Origin: Tubiluchus corallicola
Lineage: Eukaryota; Animalia; Priapulida
Direction: 5' to 3'
NCBI GenBank assembly: GCA_030141605.1
Contig: JAQGDQ010000507.1
Location: 102,121-159,857 of the forward strand
Length of the DNA stretch: 57,737 nt
Shown: positions 1 through 12,095 of the stretch, piece after piece
How positions within the stretch are numbered: position 1 is the first letter of the stretch
Layout of the letters: every line of letters starts with the position of its first letter
Translations under genes and position numbers: made by a program
The notes under the pieces: model-generated
What the model was told of the DNA's origin: nothing
The model's database searches: none
Seen by the model: only the letters and a program-made list of their open reading frames with translations

Positions 1-398
1 GTTAAGGTCAGTTTCTGGCCTTATCATGTAGGTGGCAGCACCTATGTGAACTTACCTGTAATTTTACCTGTGAAGTTGTAAATTAGGTTGTGCCTAACTA
101 AACACGCTCACAGAAGCCTCAGCAAACGTTAAATAATGTTTGATAAATGTTCAAGTATAGCGTCTCTACATGATTTGCTGTAAACCAGTATGACGTTTCA
201 AGGATCTATTAAGTTGTTATAGCCGCACGATGTGAGTAACATTTACTTTAATATCTTAAATTATAATAATCAATTTATTATACATTTGTATGCAGTGAGA
301 AGCTGTCAAATTTATTATTTTCATTTTTTGTATATACAGAAATAAAGATTTCTGAGACACACTATGCCATGAAGGAAATTCTTTGTGTTCCCGTCACA
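1..398 (+). repeat. 5' LTR (first T of TG lies just outside the window)
   Basis: GTTAAGGTCAG...GTTCCCGTCACA matches 6809-7199; AATAAA at 341-346; ends in CA. Confidence 0.95.
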
Positions 399-1049
399 TT
401 TATTTATCAAGGCTATATTGGAGATAATTCAACGTCAGCCATAACCACCTGAGGTTTCATGCCATCGAGCCGCCCAAGTTGATCAAGGTCAGGAAGCCTA
501 CAGCACAGGTGTATAACTGCATGCCGGAAGTAGGACAGGAAATGCGTCTACGCTTCTCAGGCCTGTATTATGTGAATTGCCCATTGCCAAGACTTTTAAG
601 AACTGTATCAGTGTGGTGAACTGACCTGAAATACTAACCTACTGCATAAAATTATTGCGTTAATTTTGCGCATATAGTTATTAAGTCATTAAGACTTGTA
701 AGATTCGCTTGGGCTGTTTAGTACTGAAGTATTGAAGGTTTAATAGTATTAAAGTTTTGAAATATTCACAGCCATACCAATTAAGATTACATTTTATTTT
801 CGACTTGGTATTATTTCAATATGTTAGTGTAGAGAATAAGGTGAATTTCTACACTGTCAGATAATGCTTTGATTTGTTGTACAGTTTACCTAATTGCCTA
901 AATACTAGTAGTACTGTGCGGTGCATAAAGAATTAGACCATATGTTATCGTCACTATTTGATACATGGATTTTTATGCCTATTTCACTAGTTTATCTACT
1001 TAGCTACTTGTATTATTTTACTGAATTGTACTTTGCTGTATTTTGAAGC

Positions 1050-2327
1050 ATGTCTGATTTAGGTAAGAAAACTGTCCCTCAGTTACAGCGAATGCTTAAG
1101 GACAAATGTTTACCTGTTAGCGGTCGGAAGCAGGAATTAATTGATAGGCTGTTGCAGTGCGAAGGCGCAGCTTCCAGCTCAACTGATGATGAAACGCAGC
1201 TAACACCTGCCGCTATACCTGACAGTGAGGACAAAGAGGAAAGCTTAGGCGAACTAAGAAGCCACAGAACGCACAAAAGTCACAAGTCTCCTCATTCACG
1301 TAGTTCAAAATCAACCACTGTTTCGGCAACAGCACAAAGAATGTCAGCTGAACCGAAAAAGGCTGCTCTTATGATTAAGCAACAAGCACTTGCAGAAAAG
1401 GCAAAATTGCAGTTAAATGAAATGCAGCTCGAACAAGAAAAGCAAAAGTTAGTTTTGCAACAAGAACAGTTGAAGATAGCTACTGAAATAAAGCAAGCAG
1501 ACGCTGAGGCAACTGTCTTTGCTCAGTTTGAAGCCGGTAGTCCACGTTCTTCCGAGGTCGTTTCCTTTGTTGACAAAAGAGAGCAAACGAGAGACTGGGT
1601 AGCAAATTATTGCCAAGAGCAACCAGGATGCAGTTCCTTGCAGGCAGAGCAACCAGGAAGCAGTGCCTTTCAGCCAGAGCAACCAGGAAGCAGTTCCTTT
1701 CAGGCACCTTTACGTGTCAAGCAACCTGAAATCAAAGGCAGTCCTCTGCCAGCAGTACAACCCCCTTACCAGTTTTATGGTTGTCCATTGCCTGGTATCG
1801 AGATAGAGAAATTCGATGGCAGCCCGTTGCAGTATTGTCGCTTCATTAAACAGTTTGAAACAACGGTTGAGAATTACACAACTGACAACGTTGCCAGATT
1901 AACACTCCTTCTTCAGTTTTGCAGTGACAAAGTAAAACGTTATATTGACTGCTGTGTGACAATGGACCCAGTTGTAGGTTACACAAAAGCAAAGCGCATG
2001 CTAAAGCAGCAGTTTGGAAATGAATTTAATATCACTCAAGCATGGATCAAACAGATTTCGGATTTCAAACCCATTAAGGCTGCGGAATATCAGACATTAC
2101 AGGAATATGCAGACTTGTTGCGTGCTTGTTATGAAACTCTGTCAAGTTTAGGTTATTTGTCCGAGATTAATGCTCAAGGAAATCTCGTACAAATCGTTGA
2201 CAAATTGCCCATTGGCATTCATTCTCACTGGAGGAAAGAGGTTCATAATATTAAATCTTCTGGGAGAAATCCAGACATCTTTGATGTTGTCACTTTCATA
2301 GAAACACAGGCACAGATTGAAAAATGA
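1050..2327 (+). pseudogene. gag: Bel/Pao Gag, N-terminal part: SAP-like domain, coiled coil, capsid-like (DUF1759-type) region
   Basis: LGKKTVPQLQRMLKDKCLPVSGRKQELIDRLL fits the SAP consensus; Q/E/K-rich heptads; IEKFDGSPLQY..F...F motif typical of Bel/Pao Gag; frameshift at the A-run near 2320. Confidence 0.85.
1615..1706 (+). repeat. Three in-frame 30-bp repeats in gag (EQPG[C/S]SxxQx)
   Basis: GAGCAACCAGGA recurs every 30 bp. Confidence 0.85.
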
Positions 2328-3168
2328 TCCCACGTTTCATAGGAAACCATCCGAGAGGAAGGACACCTATAAGCCTAAACCAAAGTCTAATTCTGTAAAC
2401 ATTTTTGCTAGTTCTGGAACATTTGCTAGTTCACATACACGTGAACCTGACAAATCTGAAGAGAAGACTTCACTTTCATGTACCCTGTGTTCTGAAGCAC
2501 ATCGGCTTCAGAAATGCTTCAAGTTCAAGAGGCTAACTGTACCTGGAAGGCTAGAGGTAGCCAAGCAACACAAACTATGTTTTAATTGCCTGAAGCCTAA
2601 CCACAGTAGTGCATCATGTAGGTCAGCCAATCGCTGTGATGTTTGCAAGAGAAAACATTCCACTTTCTTGCATGCTCAGAATATGCGAGGAAATATTAGC
2701 ACTGCTGCTGCTACACACAAACCCAACAGCAGGCCGTATAGTGGAGAAGAAAAAGAAAAGAAGAATAATGAAGAAGATAACGAGAAACTAAAAGAAGAAG
2801 ATAGTGAGCACAATTGTCAAAGTGGTTACATAAAGAAGACGCATGAGCCTTCTAAGTGCAATGTAGCTTTGCCTATCTTGCCAGTATTTGTTAACATACC
2901 AGGTGGTAAACCATTAAAGACACTAGCACGTCTTGACCCTGGTTCGACAAATACATTCTGCTCTAGCCAAATATATGAAAAGTTAGGTGCTCAGGGCAGA
3001 GAAGAAACATTAATTTTGACAACGCTTGATGCTAAACAGAGCCAGAAGAAGAGTAAAGTCACTAAACTACAAGTGTCTGATCCAAGCTACAATGTCACCA
3101 TAGATCTCCCTCTTGTCTTTACAAGACCATCCCTTATGTTAGAGATGGAGCATTTACCTGTTTATTAG
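2317..3168 (+). pseudogene. Gag Zn knuckles and aspartic protease fragment
   Basis: CTLCSEAHRLQKC, CFNCLKPNHSSASC and CDVCKRKHSTFLH (triple knuckle diagnostic of Bel/Pao); protease motif LDPGSTNTF. Confidence 0.9.
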
Positions 3169-3262
3169 AACTTGAGCTCTTGGCCACACTTACAAGGCAT
3201 TGACGTCTATGTTGCCCAGGACAGATCTCAGTCTCTGGAACTTGGCCTTCTCATAGGGCAAG

Positions 3263-4800
3263 ATGTGCCTGAAGCTCTCGCTCTCAAAAGGACCTAAACA
3301 TGCTCCTTGGGCATCGCTCAGTGTCTTGGGTTGGACCCTAAATGGACCACTTGGACCAACTGAAGCCGAGCATATCAGTTGTAACCTTAGCATTTTGCAG
3401 CCTGTAACACTGGAGCAACAAGTAGAGCGATTCTGGCAGCTAGAATCTTGTGAAGATAACAGCCATAAACCTTCTGTCGAAGATGTAAGAACTGTTAACA
3501 TCTGGGAACGATCCGCAACACTGACTGAAGACCACACTATATGATGGATATCCCATTTAGAAGCGAATCTCCCGATTTGCCAAATAACAAAATTGTAGCA
3601 GAGAAGAGACTTGAAGGTTTGAAGAAGAAGTTTAAGCAAGATGAGGCCCTTCACAACAAATACTCTAAAGAGATCAGTGACTTGCTCGAAAAAGGATATG
3701 CTGAACCTGTAAATGAGGAAGCTGCAACCACTGATGGCAAGGTGTGGTATTTGCCACACTTTAGTGTTAAAAGTGAGAGCAAGCCAGAGAAAACAAGAGT
3801 AGTATTTGATTGTGCTGTGAGTTTTGCTGGCACAACATTAAACAAAATTGTAATGCAAGGACCTGATCTAACCAACAAGCTCCTTGGCGTCCTGCTCAGA
3901 TTTAGAGAAGGTAAAATAGCAATCACTGCTGACATCCAGAGTATGTTTTACCAGGTGAGAGTCACTCCTGCTGACAGAGATGTACTCCGTTTCCTTTGGT
4001 GGCCTGGAGGCAATATAGAACTAAAACCTAAAATATACAGGATGACAGTCCATATTTTTGGCGGAATATGGTGCCCAAGTATTGCATCATATGCACTCCA
4101 GAAAACAGCCATGGACAACAGAGCTTTGTACAACAGCACCGTGGTACAAACAGTTATAAGCAATTTCTATGTAGACGATCTTCTTAAGTCTCTTTCAACA
4201 ACTCAGGAAGGTATTGCAATGATAGAAGACCTAACCAGTTTACTTCACCATGGTGGCTTCCATTTAACAAAATGGTGCAGCAATGACCGAGAAGTTCTCA
4301 ACTCTATCCCTGCAGAAGAAAGAGGGAAATCAGTGAAGGATATTGATTTAGATAACTCATCCTTGCCTGTTGATCGGGTTCTTGCCATTGCATGGAACAT
4401 GGAAGCAGACCATTTTAGTATTCTTGTTAGGAAAAAAGAAAAACCGATGACACGCCATGGTCTTTTGAGTGTAATGGCTTCATCATATGATCCTATGGGA
4501 ATAATAAGTCCCTATGTTCTGCAAGCGAAGTTACTATTTCAGGAAGAAACACGATTGAAGAAATCCTGGGATGAACCTTTGGAGGATCATGTGAAACAAC
4601 AATGGAAAAGATGGTTAGAAGAACTTGACTTAATCAAAGATGTGCACCTGAGTCGGTGTTTTACACCACCAAACTTTGAAGCTGTTTCATACCAGCTTCA
4701 TCATTTCTCAGATGCATCCGAAAGAGCCCTTGGAACTGTATCATATCTTAGATCAGCAAATGCTGCAGGAGATATACTTCTGTACATTTGTGGTGAGTAA
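3263..4800 (+). pseudogene. pol: Pol linker, reverse transcriptase and start of RNase H (frameshifted near 3535 and 4775)
   Basis: VERFWQLES, WYLPHF, RVVFDCA, GPDLTN, ADIQSMFYQV, FYVDDLL, YDPMG, LHHFSDASERALG. Confidence 0.93.
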
Positions 4801-6754
4801 AACAAGACTGACCCCCTTTAAGAAAGTCACTTTGCCACGCCTCGAACTGTCAGCTGCTGTGCTTGCAGTAAAAGTTGATTCTATGGCACGGAAGGAATTA
4901 AGCATTCCTATAGGTACTTCTACATTTTGGGTCGACAGCACAATTGTTCTTGGCTATATCAACAATGAAAGGGCGAGATACAAAACCTTTGTGGCTAACC
5001 GGTTAGCTACCATACACAGCTTAACAGTTCCCAGCCAATGGAGGCATGTCTCTGGAGATGAAAATCCAGCAAATGATGCATCGCGAGGTTTGTCTGCAAG
5101 AGATTTAATCGCAAGTGTCAGATGGCTGCATGGCCCAGAATTTCTTTACAAACCTGAACCAGAATGGCCAGTTCAAACAGTTCTGCCCACAGTGGATAGT
5201 CACGACAATGAGATAAAGCAAAGTGTTAAAGTCTTATTGTGTGAAGCTAACTCTTCCAAGTCAGAAGCTACTGACAAGCTTATGGAATATTATAGTAGCT
5301 TCTACAAACTTAAAAAAGCTGTCACATGGTTTTTGCGAGTGAAAGCCATTTTAAAGAACAAAATCACAAAAAGACAGATCCCATCCTCTCAATGCTATAA
5401 TACAGAGATTTCTGTTTCAGAGGTGGAGCAAGCAGAAAAGGCGATTCTCGGCTATATCCAACGCCAACACTTTACTCGGGAATACAAAACCTTATCTGCA
5501 GGACAAGCTGTCTCCAAATCGAGCAAGATTGCTAAGTTAAATCCTGTCCTGTCTAAGGACAACCTCATTGTTGTTGGAGGGCGACTTAGAAATGCAGCGC
5601 TACCTGAAGCTGCCAAACATCCTGCAGTACTTCCTAAAGAGCATCATGTTTCAACCTTAATAATCCGTCATTACCATGAAACCAATGGTCACATTGGAAG
5701 AGAACATGTGCTCTCCTTAGTTCGCTCTGCTTACTGGATTATTCGAGGACGGGCACTTACAAAGAAACTATTAAAATATTGTCGTAAGTGCCGTCGTCTC
5801 TATGCACCCCTGGAGAGCCAGAAAATGGCAGATTTGCCAGCTGATCGTGTAGAAGGAACTCATGCTTTCGAATGTGTAGGTGTAGACTGCTTCGGAACCT
5901 TTTATGTTGTCAGAGGGCGTGCAAAAGCTAAGCGATATGGCTGCATTTTTACTTGCACCACCACTAGAGCAGTTCACCTAGAGATTTTACACACCCTCGA
6001 AACCAGCTCTTTCATTCAAGCACTGCAACGTTTCATAAGCCGAAGAGGTCCACCAAGACTAATCAGGTCTGATCAAGGTACAAATTTTGTTGGCGCCCAA
6101 AAGGAGCTTCAGAATTCCATAACCGAATGGAACCAAAGTCAAATTCAAAGCACTCTACGTCAGAAAAATATAGAGTGGATCTTCAACCCTGCTTCAGCTA
6201 GCCATTTTGGTGGCTTCTGTGAGAGCATGATTAGAAGTGTAAAGAAAGTTTTAGTCAGTATCTTAGAACAGCAAACACTGGATGACGAAAGACTTAGTAC
6301 ACTATTCTGTCTAGTAGAGGCCATTTTAAATAGCCTGCCCCTTACCATTGTTTCAGAAGATCCAAATGACTTAGAAGCTCTGACACCAAACCATTTGTTG
6401 CTGCTTCGACCAAATCCTGCACTGCCGCCTGGCAACTTCGAAGTAAAGGACCAATACAAAAAGAAGTGGCGCCAAGTCCAGTACATGGCAGACTTATTCT
6501 GGACAAGATGGTATCGTGAATACTTGCCAACGTTACAACTGCGAACAAAATGGTTACGAAGCAAAGAAAATCTCAAAGCTGGAGACGTAGTTTTGGTAAG
6601 CGATAATGTCCATCGAAGCCAGTGGATACTTGGGCGAATTACAGATGTCAAGACAAGTGATGATGGATGCGTCCGCTCTGCAACCATAAAGACCAAAAGT
6701 ACGCTTCTAACCCGACCTATACACAAATTATGTTTAATTGAAAAAGCAGATTAA
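4676..6754 (+). pseudogene. pol: RNase H (C-terminal part) and DDE integrase
   Basis: TLPRLELSAA, FWVDSTIVL, FVANR, NPANDASRG; HHCC finger (HETNGH...CRKC); GVDCFG, SDQGTNF, GGFCE; C-terminal RPIHKLCLIE. Confidence 0.93.
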
Positions 6755-6797
6755 TTTTGTTATTCCTTTAGTGGGAAATGGCACTCAAGTCCCATTT

Positions 6798-6807
6798 AAA
6801 GGGGGTG
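6798..6807 (+). other. Polypurine tract
   Basis: AAAGGGGGTG immediately before the 3' LTR TG. Confidence 0.8.
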
Positions 6808-7199
6808 TGTTAAGGTCAGTTTCTGGCCTTAACATGTAGGTGGCAGCACCTATGGAACTTACCTGTAATTTTTACCTGTGAAGTGGTAAATTGGGTGCCT
6901 CGCTAAACACGCTGACACAAGGCTCGGCAAATGTTAAGTAATGTTTGATAATGTTTAAGTATAGTGTCTCTACCTGATTTGCCGTTAACCTGTACGACGT
7001 TTTTAAGAATCTATTAAGTTTTATAGCCGCACGATGTAAGTAACATTTAATTTAATATCTTAAATTATAATAATCAATTTATTATACATTTGTATGCAGT
7101 GAGAAGCTGTCAATTTATTATTTTCATTTTGTATATACAGAAATAAAGATTTCTGCGACACACTATGCCATGAAGGAAATTCTTTGTGTTCCCGTCACA
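6808..7199 (+). repeat. 3' LTR
   Basis: TGTTAAGG...GTCACA, direct repeat of 1-398. Confidence 0.95.
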
Positions 7200-7219
7200 G
7201 TCGTCATACTTTTTTGAGT

Positions 7220-7379
7220 TTTGGATAGTGCTGCCACCTTCAGGTGTTCTTGTTAAAATTGTTAAATCTTTCTCTTTACTGTTTAAATTTTCATTGGCTT
7301 TGGATAGTGCTGCCACCTTCAGGTGTTCTTGTTAAAATTGTTAAATCTTTCTCTTTACTGTTTAAATTTTCATTGGCTT
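7220..7379. repeat. Tandem duplication, 79-bp unit x2
   Basis: TTGGATAGTGCTGCCACC starts at 7221 and 7300. Confidence 0.9.
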
Positions 7380-8002
7380 CTACAGTCTTTATGAATGCAT
7401 AATCTCTAAACCTGTTTTCACACCTCAATGATTTCACCTGTAGTTTTGGTCACTTGGTTTTCTGTTTTTCAGTATGACACTACTTAACTGTTTCTGTAGA
7501 CACTTCAGAATAAAATCTTAAAACTAAATTTCAAGTTTTTTGGTTTCTTTAAACCACAGAGTGTGTGTACTGATTGTGACGAAGCACCACAACTAAAGTC
7601 ATTCCCCCAGTATTTTGTACTACCTACTTAGTTTAATGATCCCTAGTAGCTGAAATATAGAAAAAGAAGGCAGGAACACAACAGAGAAAAATCACATACA
7701 CAAAAGAAGCATAGCAGAGACATCTATGCTGCCTCTACGATTTGGCATATAGTGAAACATTATTATTGTATTTCATTTTAGATTAGGAAGCAAGCTGTGT
7801 TCTCTACCTAAATATCTGAAAAAATTCTTCTCAAGAATGTAGTTAAAGGTGTTTCTATATATATATTATATATTTCTATATATAGGTGTTTCTATATATT
7901 CTAAACTTGACACTATATAATTAAATCAAAGCTACAATACAACGGAAGTCCTACAACAAGTAAATAAAACACTATGTAATCCTACATCAACTCATTACTT
8001 GC

Positions 8003-8146
8003 CTGGTCGACTACAATCTGAGCTAAATCTTTAAATATTTCATTTATGTCGGATATAGATTTCACAACTTGTGCTATTTCTTTCTCCCGTTGCGTCACCG
8101 TCTCCGTATTGTCCTCTAAATATCTTAGCTGATGATCAGTAAAACC
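8003..8146 (-). CDS. STX16: STX16 exon 7 (SNARE motif, first part)
   Basis: GFTDHQL...QREKEI...[12 protein letters not shown]; donor CAG|GCAAGT. Confidence 0.9.
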
Positions 8147-11100
8147 CTAAAAAATGAATAAAAATATCAGCTACAGTTGCCATAACATTTGCATGATGCC
8201 GCAAACATTTTCGTTTGCTTTAATTTGCTTGTTCGTGGTATTATTTCTAACACTAAGCAAGGCCAAGCACAGTCTATGCAAAAACCAAGGCCAGAATTTC
8301 ATTATATTTGTGCCTGAATTTAAGGGATTCTCGTTGTGACTTTTTATAATTAGAGCGATTTATTATAAGAATTAATCACTATCAGTACTGACATCTTTTT
8401 CGGAATGAGACATTTAATGATTCAATCTCCGTGCTATTTAAAATTTTGTTGATTCTTCTCTTGACTGTCAGGGAACCACAATCATCATTTCAATCATCAA
8501 GAAATATATAACAAGCCTTTCAAACAAGAATTGCTCTAAATTTATGCAAAAGACGAAAATTTTTACTGATAACTTGATAAATCGACTGTTTCCAAATTTT
8601 ACACTGTCTACCTAGTATTTGTATTCTTGTTGGCTTGGCAACAAGCGTAGGTCCCTACAGTTTTTATGTGCAACTCTGAATGAAAAGCGCAGTGCGCCGA
8701 ACACACTTGGGAAGTAACTAAGTAAGCTCACAAGTATGATATGGCAGCGTACGTGCTAGCGTAAGGCAAAAAGCAAAAAAGTCAGATTAGTGCCAGTATT
8801 TCTTTTACTTTTTAACTCTTGGGTAAAACCTGCGAAAATCTAACCAGATTCGCGGTAGTCGGCATTGGCGCGAATGTTTAAGCGAATGGATGCCGGGATT
8901 TGTGTTGAAATTCTGGCCCTGAAAACAGTGCTTACATTGTAATACAAAGCCATTGTAACTTGTTAAATTACTTTATGTAGCACTTGAACACAGCTAACCC
9001 ACATACACCTTATGACGCTGATGAAAATGTTTAGGACATCAATGTGTCGTGAAGTGCTACACGAAAAGTACATATGTGAATCGTTGATTTACAAGAAGAT
9101 AACATAGGTAGGCACTTAGATATGTTTAAACACTTCTAACTAAATCTATCTTCAAGCTCCAGAAAACTTATTAACTGAACTGAGTTCTAAAGTTAACGCA
9201 AATGCCATGTACCGACAGCCAGTGTCAGTACTTTTTTGTTGGTAGTGTCAGTGATGCACTTCCTGAACTTTCTTAAAATTAGATTACCCGCTCATAAGCC
9301 TCCTCCACATAAGCATCTTCTTCTTCTATCATTACTGCACTGGCTTGAGGTACGTCAAAATGACCGCCGTAACGTTCTTCACGAGATTTTAATCCTAAAA
9401 TGCAAAACACGTCACTTCTATGCAATAGCACATCCACTTCTATACAATAGCACATCCACTTCTATACAATAGCACATCCACTTCTATACAATAGCACATC
9501 CACTTCTATACAATAGCACATCCACTTCTATACAAAAGCACATCCACTTCTATACAATAGCACATCCACTTCTATACAATAGCACATCCACTTCTGTACA
9601 ATAGCACATCCACTTCTATACAATAGCACATCCACTTCTATGCAATAGCACATCCACTTCTACACAATAGCACATCCACTTCTACACAATAGCACATCCA
9701 CTTCTATACAATAGCACATCCACTTCTATACAATAGCACATCCACTTCTATACAATAGCACATCCACTTCTATACAATAGCACATCCACTTCTATACAAT
9801 AGCACATCCACTTCTATACAATAGCACATCCACTTCTATACAATAGCACATCCACTTCTATACAATAGCACATCCACTTCTATACAATAGCACATCCACT
9901 TCTGTACAATAGCACATCCACTTCTATACAATAGCACATCCACTTCTATGCAATAGCACATCCACTTCTACACAATAGCACATTCACTTCTACACAATAG
10001 CACATCCACTTCTATACAATAGCACATCCACTTCTATACAATAGCACATCCACTTCTATACAATAGCACATCCACTTCTATACAATAGCACATCCACTTC
10101 TATACAATAGCACATCCACTTCTACACAATAGCACATCGGATAAACTAGCCCTAGTAAATACACCTAGTAAATAAGCGAATCATTATATCACTTCATGCT
10201 AGTCTAAGTTACTATATCAAAACATTTGGACGCATACAATTACCCCCATATTGGATATCAGTGCATACAAATGTGATTCATCAGTACACTATGCAAACTA
10301 AGAAAATGCCACTTACTAGTTAAATACGATGTTTGACTTTTTCGGAAGCTGGACGAGATTTCCTGCAGTTGAGATGCTAGCGAAGACATGACGTTCTTTG
10401 TTACTCGTTGTTCTTGCGGTGTATTTCCTCTACTTTTGGCACCAATTTGCTGCACCAGCCGATGACATCTTGTGAACATCTGAAAACATGATTAAAGGAA
10501 GACAGGATGATTTTTAACATACTAACCCCATTTTCAAATCCGATAGAAAGTACACATTTTAACAGAATTAATACTACAAAAGCGTTTCTGATAATTAAAT
10601 AATAGATTAATTAATAGATTAAATAATTACCGGCGAATAGCCCAATTATCAATGACATCACAAACTAACATAATTTTCAACAGGGAAAATATTCCAAGAG
10701 CGTGTTGCATGTGTTTTCGAAAGCGAAAATTCAAGTACAGTGCTAGTGTAAGATATTCAGCATGTTGTACTAAAACTAGGCAAGTTTTAAGATACTGCTG
10801 CGCTCACGCATGAGCTGCCAAACATGTCTAGTTCATCACAAACTAACACATTTGAACTGAGAATTCCCATCTGTAAGCCATCTCTTCTAAGCGTACCTTA
10901 GATCTGTCCCACATTGTTATTTTTTCTACATTTAATGGTTTCACTGACTTAAAACAGCTTCCTAAAATGCCCTCCCCAACAACTTTCAGGGCTATCCTTG
11001 TTATAATATCAAGGCATTTAATTAACACTCTGTACTAATCACTAAAACAAAATAAAATATTTAGTATAAAATCTCTTGTTACTAGTTAAAATATAATACA

Positions 11101-12061
11101 AATATGGAATCCTCAGAAATTTTCCGAATTCCAAACCATGCATCAGACCAAAGAAATTCTTACACAATAAAACCTTGCAGATATGCTTTCTTAGCTTCTC
11201 CACACGTTTTAATTAGTTAGCGCTTTCTAAAGTTCACGAAAAGATAGTTTCAAACCTGCGTGATGTCTTGTGTAATGATTTCTATGGTGTGCTCCTCATC
11301 TATACTATCATCTAATGTAGGCCGGTTCAGGTGCTTGTCGTGCAGCGTGGCGACTTCCTTTACTAAAACAACGACACTGAGTTGTATTTAAAAAATCAAC
11401 AAACAATATGAAATTTATCTACAGTCTATAACATCGAGAAATTCAGCAAGTGGAATACAGAAAAAATTGTCATGTAAAGCAAGCACCTGATTCCAGGAAA
11501 TTCCTAAAAGAACCACGTTCTATAGATATATGTATACAATAAAATTTTAAGAAGCAGTGTAATAAAAACTATGTTAAATTTTCAATAATAACCAAGAAAG
11601 CAAAGAAAGTACAGCAGCTTTAACCATACTGCAAAGTGATCATTTTACAGTTTAGGTTGTAAGCTAGCACATGAAACTTAAAAGTTTAAAATTAATAATT
11701 CCGTATGAAATTTGTGTAATAAGTCTTAATCCAGAGACAACTCAAAAATGCACTCAAAATATACACTTACTTTTTTGTTTAATTCTTGATATTTCATATT
11801 GTATCTAAAAAAATATAGGGCAGTTTAGACACTTATTATTTACTTCACCAACAGAATAAGTTTGTACACAGAGAGTAATATTTCACAGCAGTGTAGCACA
11901 AACATGCATACTAGAACAAATAAAGATTCTATGAAATACCTGTAAGACGAGCATGGTCTACAATCAAATATAAGTCATATTTAGAGAGGTGTACAAATTT
12001 AATATTGTCAGCAAAGCACAATACTAAATTTGTCCCAATCATCGTATATATTAATTTCGTT

Positions 12062-12095
<34 letters not shown>

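Larger units (their letters stand above)
1..7199 (+). mobile_element. Bel/Pao (Belpaoviridae) LTR retrotransposon, near full length, frameshifted; probably in a STX16 intron, antisense
   Basis: Direct LTRs at 1-398 and 6808-7199, PPT before the 3' LTR, domain order Gag(3 Zn knuckles)-PR-RT-RNaseH-IN, no env. The 5' target-site duplication is outside the window. Confidence 0.96.

Noticed and set aside
2316-2330. Programmed frameshift at GAA AAA TGA
   Set aside because: Lies inside Gag before the knuckles; Bel/Pao normally has one ORF; removing one A restores E-N-D-P, and at least three other frameshifts show decay or sequence error.
2929-2950. Protease motif DPG instead of D[ST]G
   Set aside because: LDPGS-type motifs occur in other Bel/Pao elements as far as I recall; not treated as novel.
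3190-6726. Antisense ORFs of 189 and 188 aa in the retrotransposon
   Set aside because: Shadows of pol with no recognisable motifs; no env-like ORF.
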